61,527 bases of DNA from a virus. The notes beneath the pieces were generated by a model. It was not told the origin of the DNA, searched no databases, and saw only the letters and a list, made by a program, of their open reading frames with translations. The translations under genes were made by a program, and so were the position numbers. Shown here piece after piece: positions 1 through 10,687 of the stretch. The stretch is taken from positions 1 to 61,527 of IMG/VR virus record IMGVR_UViG_3300033069_001718, one strand, 5' to 3'. Position 1 is the stretch's first letter. The number at the start of each line of letters is the position of its first letter.

Positions 1-66
1 GGCACAGATATTCCGCGAGGTAACTCCCGCCGCTTCCTGTTACTCCGGTTATTAACACTTTTTGCG

Positions 67-492
67 TCATATCTTTGCTTTTAGTAAATCACTGGAAGAA
101 TACCTTTTTGGTTGGTTAAGGACAACTTCTTTTATTCCCAATTCTTCACAGATTTTTGTTTCTGCGCTTTCAAGATTCGTCGTTGTTCGGTCCCCGCTGT
201 TAAAAAAATACAACTCATCTTCCGGAAATATTTTTTTTATTAATTTCAAGGTCTGACACACGGTTTTATCAACGTCGAGGGATGGATATACCCAATTTAC
301 GGATTTTAGAGCTGACATTATTTTACATCGGTGGTCACAATCCATAAATTTTTGAGAGCCCTTCAATTCCACCTGCGTATCATTATTGACGATCACCACA
401 AGCTGATCACACAAGGATTTAGCTTCTGTAATGTATTCTATATGACCAAAATGAACCGGATTGAAGTAACCGGATACGATTCCTAGTTTCAT
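67..492 (-). CDS. small cytidylyltransferase-superfamily nucleotidyltransferase (TagD / RfaE-domain-II-like)
   Basis: N-terminal GYFNPVHFGH (HxGH nucleotidyltransferase signature). About 140 aa, like glycerol-3-phosphate cytidylyltransferase. First gene of the coupled minus-strand chain. Confidence 0.6.
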   Translation of the reverse strand: MKLGIVSGYFNPVHFGHIEYITEAKSLCDQLVVIVNNDTQVELKGSQKFMDCDHRCKIMSALKSVNWVYPSLDVDKTVCQTLKLIKKIFPEDELYFFNSGDRTTTNLESAETKICEELGIKEVVLNQPKRYSSSDLLKAKI

Positions 493-1199
493 TTGAATAA
501 CTCAATGTATTTTTTAAGTTTATCCGCTTCTTCTTTTCGTTTATAGGCTAAACGATCATAAATTGGGCGCTCGTCACTCACCGGTCTTTTCAAATGATCA
601 GTATATGTAGCATCCCACGCAGCTTTATTAGCGGCAGGGTGAATGTGTTCAATGACAATTTCTTCCAAATAGACCCGCCGGCCGATCATTTCCGCCACTT
701 CCGTCACCCAGGTATCTCCGTAGGCAATGTGAAAGTGTGGGGGATTAATATACCCAATCAAATCGATCCAATTGCGGTGGAAGAATCCGTGTGTACAAAT
801 GGGAACGGAGCCGTTCTGAAAACCATCCGGCGCATAAACCAATGCGATTTTATCTTCGAATTGGTCAAAGGCTTTTTTTACCGCAGTATCCCAACCTTTA
901 GTGCGATACACGATGTCGTCCGCGCCTTGATGAATAATCGGTCCAACCACTTCTTTCAACATCGCATTGTGCATGAAGGATTTTGAAGTCGGAATCGTCC
1001 CCATCGGTTCACCTTGAACCGCATTAATTTGAATTTTGGAAGCGTAGGTTTCCAGAACCGGGACGGTTAAAATATCGTCTTCGTCTACGAAAAAACAAAA
1101 TTCAACATCGGCAATATTATCCGCCGTAGTCAATACACTATCAATTAAACGTCGGACATTGTCCGGCCGATTGCGAGTAGGAACAATAATGCTTATCAT
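489..1199 (-). CDS. glycosyltransferase family 2-like (GT-A fold)
   Basis: N-terminal IIVPTRNRPDNV typical of GT2. DED acidic motif FFVDEDD. ATGA overlap with the upstream gene. Confidence 0.6.
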   Translation of the reverse strand: MISIIVPTRNRPDNVRRLIDSVLTTADNIADVEFCFFVDEDDILTVPVLETYASKIQINAVQGEPMGTIPTSKSFMHNAMLKEVVGPIIHQGADDIVYRTKGWDTAVKKAFDQFEDKIALVYAPDGFQNGSVPICTHGFFHRNWIDLIGYINPPHFHIAYGDTWVTEVAEMIGRRVYLEEIVIEHIHPAANKAAWDATYTDHLKRPVSDERPIYDRLAYKRKEEADKLKKYIELFK

Positions 1200-2146
1200 A
1201 GGGTGAGATCGAATTTAATGTTGTCGTAATTGTATTGTTCAGGGGTCATATACATGGTTTTTTTCAAATATGCGGCCAACCGCGCCGGATCGATGGCAAA
1301 CCCCTCCGGAGTATATTTACTGGGATCATGCATTTTGTAAAGCATATTCAATTTTGGCCCTGCTTCATTATAACCTAACCCAACCGCATCTGCTTCCGGA
1401 GTAAAGATGATATCGTGGATATCCAACCCGGCGTTCAAATTGTTCGCCGCGCCTTTAGGCCCAATATGATCTTTAATGGCCACTCCGGCGCCATCCATGG
1501 CCTTCACATGTTCAACGACTAAATCTTTTACCACTGCCCATTGCTTACTTATACTCGCGTTGAAAAAAGAATAAACACTTTCAATACAATAGGCCGCAAA
1601 AATATCAGGAATTAAACGGCCGTAATACTCTCTCAACTTTCGGTCATAGTATTGGAAATGGAGGTTGACACATTTTCCAACTGGAATAATCAAATCCTGT
1701 CCCCGGAAGATGGTATTTTTTGGAACATCGAACCACCAATCATAACCCATGTCATCATCGGTCTGTAAACTTATCATACCATATTTTTCTGTCATCGCTC
1801 GTTGGTTTATTTCCGATAGACAATTGTAATGTTCTTTAGTATTGATCCCGGAATCGATGTAAATATAACCATCAAATTCTCCCGCTTGTTTTACCACCTC
1901 CGTCACCGTTTTATTGAAAGTGAAGGGGAGGTTTAAACTTTCATCCATGTAATTATACCAGATCTTATTACCATAACGCTTTTTTAGGCCCTGTTTGGTT
2001 GCGCCGGTGACGCCACAACCACTAATAACAATACGAAACGGTTCGTGGTGCTGAGCTAAAAGTTTATCCAGAGAATCGATATACTGAAACAGATTGTTGT
2101 ATTTTAATTCGCAGATATTGAATATAACCAATAGATTCTTGTTCAT
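1196..2146 (-). CDS. hypothetical protein in glycan cluster (possible glycosyltransferase)
   Basis: Long ORF, translationally coupled on both sides. No clear motif. Confidence 0.45.
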   Translation of the reverse strand: MNKNLLVIFNICELKYNNLFQYIDSLDKLLAQHHEPFRIVISGCGVTGATKQGLKKRYGNKIWYNYMDESLNLPFTFNKTVTEVVKQAGEFDGYIYIDSGINTKEHYNCLSEINQRAMTEKYGMISLQTDDDMGYDWWFDVPKNTIFRGQDLIIPVGKCVNLHFQYYDRKLREYYGRLIPDIFAAYCIESVYSFFNASISKQWAVVKDLVVEHVKAMDGAGVAIKDHIGPKGAANNLNAGLDIHDIIFTPEADAVGLGYNEAGPKLNMLYKMHDPSKYTPEGFAIDPARLAAYLKKTMYMTPEQYNYDNIKFDLTL

Positions 2147-3723
2147 TAGTCTCCTAGTAGTTTTCTTTTTAAATTGATGGTAGTCAGAGCTTCCATATTT
2201 GTTCTGGCCTCTTTTCCAAACTTCTTTTCAAGCGATTCAAGATACCTTGGCGCGGAACAACACTTATGCCAGAATTCATCCCGAAATTTAAGAATCTGTT
2301 GGGGGGTAAGATGCTTGGTTGGTAACGGTTTACATTCATAGGAAAGAAATGCGAATTCATTGGGGTGTTCCGGTAACGCCCAACCATTTTTCTTCGCTTG
2401 AATATAAAGCGGACTTCCCGGCAAAGCTTGGCAGGGGTAAACATTTACCATCGCGGAATTTAGTTCCAACGCAAGGTTTAAAGTTTCATTCATCGTTTCC
2501 ATATTATCATCCGGAAAGCCAAGAATGTAATTGGCAATAATGTTGATATCCGCCCCTTCAATGGTTTTAACTACGTCCCTAATATTGGTGTTTTGAAATT
2601 TCCCCTTGGTTATTTCCAACCGAATATTTTGATTAGCGGCTTCGATTCCAAGCGCCAACCAGTTCACCCCGGCTTTTTTAAATAGTTCCAAGTATTTTTC
2701 CTGGACGGTATCAATCCGTGAATAAGCCCACATGCGGAGGGGCAATTTTCGGTCAACCAGATTGGTGAGGAGAGGTTCGAAATGAGACCGCTTGAGAAAA
2801 AACATCTCATCCGATAAACGCACGGTTTCCACCCCGTAAGCAGCCAATTTCTCAAATTCTTTTGTAATCAAATCGATACCCCAATAACGAATACCCTTCG
2901 AATCCTCCGAACTAACATACTCCCCATTATCCGTTCGATTGAGGATGTTAATCATACAAAAACTACATCCGAAGGGGCAGCCCAGTGAGGTATAAATCGC
3001 CGCGGCAGGCGTTCGTTTGGCGTGATCAAAATCAGCGTGCCAAAAGTGAGATTTGTATAAATCGAAGGGTTGGTTTTTATAGGGGAGCAAGTCCCACGCA
3101 TAGCCAGGCAAGTCTATGTCCATGCGTTCTTGGGGCACAACCATCTCAGGAGGATTCAGAATATGATATTGCTTTTCTCCACCGTGTATCACGGTTCCTA
3201 TCTGACACTCATAAGATACAATCTCAGTTTTATAGCCAATGCCTTTTACTTTATTTAACTGATCATTAGAACGCAAATTCGTTTTTAACAGATTTCTTAA
3301 AGCGTAAACGCCTTCATTCAAAAGAACAAAATCTACGAATGGTTTGGCTAAAACTTCTTTGGGCAGAGCGCTGACGTGGGAGCCGACCATACAGATGGGA
3401 AGACTTGGTAAAGCTAATTTTAATTTCTCCGCCGTGCGATACGCCCCAATCATCGAAGTAGTTCCAGAATTTGGATTGGGACCATACATTACAAATACCA
3501 CCAAACGCGGACTCAATTCTTCTATTCTTTTGATGGTCTGTCCATCAGTTAAACGTTCGGCATTAGCGTCACAGATAGCAACTTGGTAGCCCGCTGCCCG
3601 GCAACTTTGCGCCAAAAGTAAACTCCAGGTGGGAGTCTCAATGGCTGCGAAATTGTCCGAAAGCATTTGATATGCTTCCTTGGCACAATTGGGTTCAACG
3701 AATAAGACATCTAAATTTTTCAT
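2146..3723 (-). CDS. B12-binding radical SAM enzyme (class B radical SAM, probable C-methyltransferase-type)
   Basis: GCPFGCSFC CxxxCxxC motif after an N-terminal Rossmann-like domain of about 230 aa (LVVFVMYGPNP). 525 aa. Confidence 0.75.
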   Translation of the reverse strand: MKNLDVLFVEPNCAKEAYQMLSDNFAAIETPTWSLLLAQSCRAAGYQVAICDANAERLTDGQTIKRIEELSPRLVVFVMYGPNPNSGTTSMIGAYRTAEKLKLALPSLPICMVGSHVSALPKEVLAKPFVDFVLLNEGVYALRNLLKTNLRSNDQLNKVKGIGYKTEIVSYECQIGTVIHGGEKQYHILNPPEMVVPQERMDIDLPGYAWDLLPYKNQPFDLYKSHFWHADFDHAKRTPAAAIYTSLGCPFGCSFCMINILNRTDNGEYVSSEDSKGIRYWGIDLITKEFEKLAAYGVETVRLSDEMFFLKRSHFEPLLTNLVDRKLPLRMWAYSRIDTVQEKYLELFKKAGVNWLALGIEAANQNIRLEITKGKFQNTNIRDVVKTIEGADINIIANYILGFPDDNMETMNETLNLALELNSAMVNVYPCQALPGSPLYIQAKKNGWALPEHPNEFAFLSYECKPLPTKHLTPQQILKFRDEFWHKCCSAPRYLESLEKKFGKEARTNMEALTTINLKRKLLGD

Positions 3724-3726
3724 AAA

Positions 3727-4686
3727 TTAACCAATGGGATAAATAGTCGATACGCCATTGCGCTCGAATTGAAAATCAAAAACAGCCGGACCAAACTTTT
3801 CAGCGATACGCTTTTTAATCGGTGGGTCGCAGATAACCAATACGAAACCACAACCACCGGCGCCCAGTAACTTAACACCATGTGCGCCCATCGCCATAAC
3901 TTCATCTACTATGGTATTGATTTGGGAAGTAGAAATCAAGTTGGATATTTTGATTTTTTCTTGCCAGGTCGAATATAACATATTGCCGATACCTTTAATA
4001 TCTTCCCGAATAAAATAACCATAAGCTTCTTTGGCTAGTTTCATAATTTCCAGCTTGTCTTTGTTTTCATGAGACTGAGCGATGGTATCTTGATTCCGTT
4101 GGGAATTGGTATAGATCATAACCATCGAATCCTGAAATTCTTTAAGAAAATCGTGGGTGACTGGTAAAGGTTTTACGAGAAATTTTCCATTTTTTTCTAT
4201 CTCAATGGTGTTCAAACCGCCGTAGGCTGGCCAGATTTGGTCTTGGATTCCTCCGGGTTCGTTTAAAATACGTCGTTCGATGGCGATGGCCTCTTTAGCC
4301 AACTCTTTGGGATCGTGTTTCTTCCCAAAAATTTGATTTAAGAGATATAACATCCCTACGCAAAAAGAGGATGATCCACCCAAACCTGTGCGTGAGGGGA
4401 TATCAGAGAACGAATTAAACTCAATTGGAATGTTGATCGCACGATATTTTAATACTTCCCGAATGAGTGGGTTTTGAATTTCATCCCACGACTTTACCAA
4501 TTGTAGTTTAGAATAGGTTATAACACTCTCACTGGATAGTATACTTGGTCTTGGGCGCATTGAGAGGTAAACATATTTGTCAATTGTAGTCCCGATAATA
4601 AAAGACCCATACGCTTCGTAAAACGATTCGTAGTCAGTTGAACCGCCGAAGAAAGAAATTCGAAATGGGGATCTTACTATAATCAT
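3727..4686 (-). CDS. GHMP-family sugar kinase
   Basis: PSRTGLGGSSSFCVGML matches the GHMP kinase ATP-binding motif (PxGSGLGSSAA). 319 aa, similar in size to heptose or galacto-kinases. Confidence 0.7.
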   Translation of the reverse strand: MIIVRSPFRISFFGGSTDYESFYEAYGSFIIGTTIDKYVYLSMRPRPSILSSESVITYSKLQLVKSWDEIQNPLIREVLKYRAINIPIEFNSFSDIPSRTGLGGSSSFCVGMLYLLNQIFGKKHDPKELAKEAIAIERRILNEPGGIQDQIWPAYGGLNTIEIEKNGKFLVKPLPVTHDFLKEFQDSMVMIYTNSQRNQDTIAQSHENKDKLEIMKLAKEAYGYFIREDIKGIGNMLYSTWQEKIKISNLISTSQINTIVDEVMAMGAHGVKLLGAGGCGFVLVICDPPIKKRIAEKFGPAVFDFQFERNGVSTIYPIG

Positions 4687-5678
4687 TACACTATGGTTTT
4701 GCGAATATAATCAATTACTTCGTCAAGACTCTCGTCGATCTTGTATTGAGCTTCAAATCCCAAGACCTCTTTAGCCTTGCCAATGTTCGGTTGACGATGC
4801 TGTATATCATACTGGAAAGGAGGATCGTGGACAACACTAAAAGGTTTATTTCCATTAATTTTAACCCAAATCTTTTTAGCGAGATCGATTATTTTTATGT
4901 TTTCATCGGTGGAGATGTTAAAATCATCGTTTTCCGCTTTTGAACTTTCCATTGCCATTATAATACCCCGAGCAATATCCTGACCATTGGTAAAGTTGCG
5001 GGTTTGTTCACCGCTTCCAAGGATATGTAATGGGTCCTGACCTTTTAAGGTTTTAAAAATCAAGTCCGGCACGACATGGGATAACGTCAATTTTATGTTT
5101 CCAGACAACACTTCGGATTTTGCTACTGCGGAATCTTCGCCCACGCCTATACAATTGAAAGGTCTAACAATAGTATATTTCAATCCATATTGCTCGTATG
5201 CGGCTCTGGCAAAATATTCCGTCGCCAGTTTTTGAAAACCATAACTACTATCCGGCGGCGGAGATTTTTTAAGATCGGCTTCCGCCGATGGGAAAGTTTT
5301 AGTATTTTCAAATACCATTGAACTGGAAATTACTACTATACGTTTTAACCCTTTCATTTTAATGGCCGCGTCGAAGGTATTACAACCGATCCGCTCGTTA
5401 GCGGAAAGCAAATCGTAAGCAAAAGCATGAAAATAAGAGATGCCTCCGATCATTGCTGCGCCGGCAATAATATAATCCACTCCTGGAAGTCGTGGAAATG
5501 ACTGAGTCAAGTCGTGTTCAATTAATTGAAAACTTGGATTGTGATCGTGTGGTCTTCTAACCTTACCATACTTGGAAAAGTTATCAATGCCATATACGAA
5601 ATAACCCCGTTTTAATAACTGTTGGACGATATAACCACCAATGAAACCTTGTGAGCCTGTAACAATTACTTTTTTCAT
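4686..5678 (-). CDS. NAD-dependent epimerase/dehydratase (SDR)
   Basis: VIVTGSQGFIGGYIV GxxGxxG Rossmann motif. Start set at the ATG (MKKVIVTG) that overlaps the stop of the upstream gene. The track start at 5717 is an alternative-codon extension. Confidence 0.65.
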   Translation of the reverse strand: MKKVIVTGSQGFIGGYIVQQLLKRGYFVYGIDNFSKYGKVRRPHDHNPSFQLIEHDLTQSFPRLPGVDYIIAGAAMIGGISYFHAFAYDLLSANERIGCNTFDAAIKMKGLKRIVVISSSMVFENTKTFPSAEADLKKSPPPDSSYGFQKLATEYFARAAYEQYGLKYTIVRPFNCIGVGEDSAVAKSEVLSGNIKLTLSHVVPDLIFKTLKGQDPLHILGSGEQTRNFTNGQDIARGIIMAMESSKAENDDFNISTDENIKIIDLAKKIWVKINGNKPFSVVHDPPFQYDIQHRQPNIGKAKEVLGFEAQYKIDESLDEVIDYIRKTIV

Positions 5679-6613
5679 TAAATTCCTCTTATATTTGGAT
5701 AATTTTGAAGAAACCACTCTACTGAATTTTTGATAGCTATATCCAAATCAGTAAACTTAAAATCGGGAAACAACGAACGAAAGCGTGCCGTGTCCGACGG
5801 CCGGCGCAATTGCCCATTTGGTTTTTCGCTCAGATATTCGACATTCGGATATTCAAAATATTGGGTAATTCTTTCTACCAACTCTCTGATAGAAAATTCC
5901 TTGTTGTCAGATACGATAAGTAAATCTGGGGTATCATCTTCCATTTTTAAAAGTTCAACGCAGATTTTGGCTAGATCTTTGGAATAACAAAATTCGCGTT
6001 TAGCGATGCCGGTGCCCCAGACTTGAAATGGTTTATTGCTGCTTTTTGCGTCGTAACATTTTCGAATTAGACTGGGCACAACATGCCCATTTTCCAGGTC
6101 GTAATTGTCATGTTCGCCGAAGATATTTACAGGTAAAACCGATGAGTAATGTTTTATCCCATATTGCTTACGGTAAGATTTGATTTGAATATCAACCATC
6201 CGTTTAGAGTAAGCATACGACCCATGCGCATAATAAGGTGGCCCGTCATGAAGGATTTCCTCCTTGATGACCGTTGCGTTGTCAGGAAAAGCGCACACCG
6301 ACGAAAAGGCCAAAAGTTTCTCCACTCCTTGTTGATAGGCCTCATCAATCACCAAGGTATTCATAATAATGTTATGAAAGAATTGTTCCGCTGGTGAGGC
6401 GAGGTTTTTCCCAATTCCGCCGACCCTGGCCGCCGTATGAATAACATAATCCGGTTTCTCAGTTTTAAACACCGACTTGACATGGGCTTGATTGGTAAGG
6501 TCTGCTGATTTGTGATCGACGAATACAAAATTATATTCAGGGTAGACGGAAGATACACTTTTTAGAGCATTTCCTACTAAACCATTACCTCCCGTTACTA
6601 ATATTTTTTTCAT
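5678..6613 (-). CDS. GDP-L-fucose synthase-like 3,5-epimerase/4-reductase (Fcl / ColC-like SDR)
   Basis: ILVTGGNGLVGNAL N-terminus. HTAARVGGIGKN resembles the Fcl HLAAKVGGI region. 311 aa. Confidence 0.6.
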   Translation of the reverse strand: MKKILVTGGNGLVGNALKSVSSVYPEYNFVFVDHKSADLTNQAHVKSVFKTEKPDYVIHTAARVGGIGKNLASPAEQFFHNIIMNTLVIDEAYQQGVEKLLAFSSVCAFPDNATVIKEEILHDGPPYYAHGSYAYSKRMVDIQIKSYRKQYGIKHYSSVLPVNIFGEHDNYDLENGHVVPSLIRKCYDAKSSNKPFQVWGTGIAKREFCYSKDLAKICVELLKMEDDTPDLLIVSDNKEFSIRELVERITQYFEYPNVEYLSEKPNGQLRRPSDTARFRSLFPDFKFTDLDIAIKNSVEWFLQNYPNIRGI

Positions 6614-6618
6614 AACAT

Positions 6619-7410
6619 TTAATCCATTCTCATTCCCGCTTGTATAGTCTTTTTGTATTTTCCGTTTTCTTTTAACAAAGCGTCAAAAAAATCCACATCT
6701 AATTTCCGCGCGACTGAAGCAATTTCCTTTGTGTCTTTCGGCAGACAAACTCCCGCAAACCCTCTAAAATTATCATTACATTCCAGATACATATCCACAA
6801 TATGATTTCGGTTGACCATCGTGTTTTTAATGTGGGTGTAATCAACTTCATAATGTTTACAAACTTCATAAAAGCTATTGGCGAAAGTAATTAAAGTAGC
6901 ATTGTAAGTATTATTGAAATACTTGACCAGCTCCGCTTCGGTTGGAGTCATCTGAACAATTTTCTTTGGAAAATTCCCATGCGCATTTTTAAGCAATTCA
7001 AAGACAGATTGATCATCAGTCCCGACAACGCAGAGATCGTGGTTCTCCGTGAAGTCGGCTAAGGCATATCTTTCTCTGAGAAATTCTGGAGTCATAGCTA
7101 ATTTTAATCCTGTGTAAAAATCTGCCAATTTTTGAGTTGTGCCAGGCGCCACCGTTGATTTTATACATACCACCCCGGTATATTCCTTTTCATCCAACAA
7201 ACAAACCACCGATTCGACAACGGATGTGTCGCATGAACCATCTGGTTTTGACGGAGTAGGTACGCATAAGAATACTAATTCGGTATTCAACACTTCATCA
7301 ATGGTGGTACCTAGTTTAAGGTCATGGACTTTTACAACATGTCCTAATTTTTCAAACCCACCTTTACACGCATTACCCACTACTCCCAAGCCAATAATCC
7401 CGATATTCAT
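6619..7410 (-). CDS. nucleotide-sugar dehydrogenase-like NAD-binding protein (short UDP-glucose/GDP-mannose dehydrogenase-like)
   Basis: IGIIGLGVVGNACKGGFEKLGH plus a FLCVPTP motif typical of the UDP-glucose dehydrogenase N-domain. Only 263 aa. Confidence 0.5.
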   Translation of the reverse strand: MNIGIIGLGVVGNACKGGFEKLGHVVKVHDLKLGTTIDEVLNTELVFLCVPTPSKPDGSCDTSVVESVVCLLDEKEYTGVVCIKSTVAPGTTQKLADFYTGLKLAMTPEFLRERYALADFTENHDLCVVGTDDQSVFELLKNAHGNFPKKIVQMTPTEAELVKYFNNTYNATLITFANSFYEVCKHYEVDYTHIKNTMVNRNHIVDMYLECNDNFRGFAGVCLPKDTKEIASVARKLDVDFFDALLKENGKYKKTIQAGMRMD

Positions 7411-7979
7411 TTAGTTGCCTCCAGATTTAGACTGACTAGTTTACCTTCGATATCACTATCTTTCCGCCGCGTCGTATAGGCCATTTTTGGTAAATAACAT
7501 TGACTATAATCGTCAATATAAAAGTGTTCAGTGTCCCTCCAGTCGTATTTTTTTACCGACTGAAATCCAGCAACCTTCAAGTCCCGGCTGAGTGATTTCT
7601 CATCCCACCCCATATAATGAAAATCATAAGCGTGTCTCTGAGAACCGTAAAGCAGGGCTTGTAAAATATCCAGGTCTTTGTTGGCTATATAATATTCCAT
7701 TGCTGCGCCCAAATCGGGAACTGCGACTCGCAATACACCTCCTGGCTTCAAAACTTCAAACCAACGGCGCATAGCTTGCTTCGACCCCGCCCGTGTGGCG
7801 TGCTCCAAGACATGACAGACGTAGATTAAATCGACGGAGTCATTTTTGAATTTGTCTAGCTTAAACACATCATCTATTACATCTGGCTGGACATCTTCCC
7901 GGATGTCGATGTTGATGAACCCGTGGATTTTCTTTTGAAAACAACCGAGATGTAGTTTGACTTGTTTGTCATTGTTCAT
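7407..7979 (-). CDS. class I SAM-dependent methyltransferase
   Basis: VLKPGGVLRVAVPD motif-II-like. About 190 aa. Confidence 0.55.
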   Translation of the reverse strand: MNNDKQVKLHLGCFQKKIHGFINIDIREDVQPDVIDDVFKLDKFKNDSVDLIYVCHVLEHATRAGSKQAMRRWFEVLKPGGVLRVAVPDLGAAMEYYIANKDLDILQALLYGSQRHAYDFHYMGWDEKSLSRDLKVAGFQSVKKYDWRDTEHFYIDDYSQCYLPKMAYTTRRKDSDIEGKLVSLNLEATK

Positions 7980-9921
7980 AGGTCTTGTGTATTTCTTTCA
8001 CTTTTGTTTTATACCGATACGAGCGCCTGCCATACCAAATAGTTTCATATCCCCACTTGACAATGTCGTGTTCTGTAACCTTTGTCTTTTTTGAGAATGT
8101 AATCGGACCTTTAATCAGATCACTATCGCCGTTAAAATAACCTACCCAATCGAAGGCAAATTTTCCTTTAACTTCTTCTAAAAGCCGGTTTTCAGGCAAA
8201 CTTAACACCAATAATTGATAGTTTATTAGATCTTCAACCAGTTCGGCGGTTATACTTACACCCGTCTCCACATTTAAATAGTTCAGAAAAGACGACAACT
8301 CTTCTTTTATTCTGGAAGAATCGCGGGTGAGATGTAACCAACTTGCTTCTTCCATTGGCCAAGATATATCCCCCAAGTCATGATCGTAATAATCCCACCC
8401 TTGACCAGAATAACCATTTTTACAATGGTTTCTGGCTAGTTCGTATTCCTTACCGATGAAGGTTTTATTTTTCTTCATATACTCAGCAAGGTGATTATAA
8501 AATTGTTTGTAACTAAGGTTGTGTGATTTATTGTAATATCTGGATATCATTTCCGTGATGCCAAAGACGTGGAATATCATCATCATCCAGTTTGTCATAT
8601 ACACTTCTTCAATTTTACCATTTGGCAATGCGTCTGTGGCACATACCATTTTTTCAAATTCCTGAATCTCTCCGACCTTTTCCTTTTTGGCAATATGCTG
8701 CATGAACTGAGGCGATTTGAAAGCTTTAATCCCATAACGTTTCATATAGTCTGGATTATTCATTGGCGCATTAACAAAAATACTACAATTCCATACCATA
8801 ATTGCTGGTTGGGGGTCTAGTGAAGCGAGAATTTCCCAATTGTTTTTGAAGCTGTCAACCGTCTCTTCGGGCAACCCCATTATCATCTCCGTATAACTCT
8901 GAATCCCCTCATCATTGAACTTTTTAATCAGTCCTGAGAAGCTATCAAATTTTAAATTCTTACGTTTAATAGCTTCCAGTGTTTTGGGATCAAGGGATTG
9001 GACTGAAAGGGAAACAGCTCGCAATAAATCAACATCATTTAACACTTTTGCGATTGGAATGACCCGGTCTGATGAAGTCTTGACCCAAGTAAGGCCAATT
9101 CGCTCTGGAAAGCCGGTGGATTTTTTAAGGTCGGCTAGTTTTATCGCGATGTCGTGATCTCGCTTTTGAAAAATTCCAAAGTTCCCATCGCAACAATCGA
9201 TGTATGTGATGTTGTTTTTTCCAAACCATTCAATTTCTTTGAAAATTCTTTTTTCATCAAACGGTCTCAACTTGGACATAGTCGAACTTCCCCAGTCGCA
9301 GAAGGTACATGAAAACGGACATCCACGATTGGTTTCCCACGAAACGATATACTTTATGTTTGGATCACGCCGAGAAAGTTTCCAGATTAGATCGGTGGAG
9401 TAGGGGGATGGCCACTGACTGATGTCCGGCGTACGTATGCGTGGCTGACTTCGGTAGAATTTTGTTTCGGTTCCGTCGATATTTAAATTTTCCAAATTCA
9501 ACCCTGAAGCAAATTGTTTCAGAATTTCGTAAGAAGTGATTTCTCCTTCTCCGTGAACAAGAATATCCACGAATGGATTTTCATCAAAAAATTTGCCATC
9601 GTGGCTGTATGGAACTTCCGGACCTCCAAATACTATAATACATTGAGGATTTATAGCCTTTACACTTTTGGCTAAAAATTTGGTTATTTCCCAATTCCAC
9701 GAATAACACGAACAGAGAATGATCTTTGCTTCGCTTGCTTTAAGAATGTGATCTTGAATTTCAGAACGGAAGAGGAACGTCTCTTCAAAATCAAAAACAT
9801 CGGTGATTTCTTTAAATTGGAAACAATACGAAACTAAACACGCAATACTATAAGGAAAGTGAATTTGATTGTTTCCGAAGAAATTACTATATTGGCTGGA
9901 ATATACTTTTATTTTATCCAT
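7969..9921 (-). CDS. B12-binding radical SAM enzyme
   Basis: WETNRGCPFSCTFCDWGS CxxxCxxC. N-terminal IIVFGGPEV B12-domain-like. Start moved to the ATG preceded by AGGAGAT (MDKIKV). Confidence 0.75.
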   Translation of the reverse strand: MDKIKVYSSQYSNFFGNNQIHFPYSIACLVSYCFQFKEITDVFDFEETFLFRSEIQDHILKASEAKIILCSCYSWNWEITKFLAKSVKAINPQCIIVFGGPEVPYSHDGKFFDENPFVDILVHGEGEITSYEILKQFASGLNLENLNIDGTETKFYRSQPRIRTPDISQWPSPYSTDLIWKLSRRDPNIKYIVSWETNRGCPFSCTFCDWGSSTMSKLRPFDEKRIFKEIEWFGKNNITYIDCCDGNFGIFQKRDHDIAIKLADLKKSTGFPERIGLTWVKTSSDRVIPIAKVLNDVDLLRAVSLSVQSLDPKTLEAIKRKNLKFDSFSGLIKKFNDEGIQSYTEMIMGLPEETVDSFKNNWEILASLDPQPAIMVWNCSIFVNAPMNNPDYMKRYGIKAFKSPQFMQHIAKKEKVGEIQEFEKMVCATDALPNGKIEEVYMTNWMMMIFHVFGITEMISRYYNKSHNLSYKQFYNHLAEYMKKNKTFIGKEYELARNHCKNGYSGQGWDYYDHDLGDISWPMEEASWLHLTRDSSRIKEELSSFLNYLNVETGVSITAELVEDLINYQLLVLSLPENRLLEEVKGKFAFDWVGYFNGDSDLIKGPITFSKKTKVTEHDIVKWGYETIWYGRRSYRYKTKVKEIHKTYEQ

Positions 9922-10684
9922 ATCTCCTGGGCCACACGCTAGGAGCATTAACCCAATTCGCGTAATCTATTTTGATCCGGTCGGGATCATACGCGGCATA
10001 CATTTTTGCAAATAGAGGTTGGTCATTTTCAACATAGGCTCGGAAAAGAATTGATTGTACATAATTAGGGTTCCAATCACAAGCCATTACTTTTGATGGT
10101 GAGAGTAACATTTTGCCACCGGTTTTTTGGAGGCGGAAGGCAAAGTCGTGGGTGTTCATATTAACGTGTTCAAAACGACAATCAAGACCGCCTAGCTCTC
10201 TAAAGTAAGCGGTGTTATACATAAACGACGGCGCAATTTTCCATTCCGGCAAAACTCCAGGAATTTGTTGGTCGCCGTGAAAGCGCGCAGTCCAATACTC
10301 CGGAATTTGATCATTGTCACCGCCCTGATAACCAACGCCTTCGGAATAGCGTAGGACAATGCCATCTTTTGGAGTGTTGTCGTAGGCTAACTGAAGACAT
10401 TCAGACAAAGAATTTTTCATTAACCGACAATCATCCGGAATCAACGCAATATAATCTCCGTCCGCAAAAAACGTGCCCATTTGGTAGCACCGCGCAGGAG
10501 AACCCTTATCAATAAAGAATTTGAAATTTTTCTTGGAACGCAATTCTTCCGGCGGCAGTTCGGGCCCAACACAAATGAGTTCGAAAGTGTGTGGGCTACC
10601 AACGGATGCTATTAACTGATCGTAGATATCAACTAATTTACTGGGAGTTATGGTTGGGATGATGACGCTGAGATTGTATTTCAT
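9914..10684 (-). CDS. glycosyltransferase family 2-like
   Basis: LSVIIPTITP N-terminus. Confidence 0.55.
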   Translation of the reverse strand: MKYNLSVIIPTITPSKLVDIYDQLIASVGSPHTFELICVGPELPPEELRSKKNFKFFIDKGSPARCYQMGTFFADGDYIALIPDDCRLMKNSLSECLQLAYDNTPKDGIVLRYSEGVGYQGGDNDQIPEYWTARFHGDQQIPGVLPEWKIAPSFMYNTAYFRELGGLDCRFEHVNMNTHDFAFRLQKTGGKMLLSPSKVMACDWNPNYVQSILFRAYVENDQPLFAKMYAAYDPDRIKIDYANWVNAPSVWPRRYG

Positions 10685-10687
10685 AAA

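Noticed and set aside
62-256. Plus-strand 64-aa ORF at the window start
   Set aside because: Lies entirely antisense to the motif-bearing cytidylyltransferase gene 67..492. Shadow ORF.
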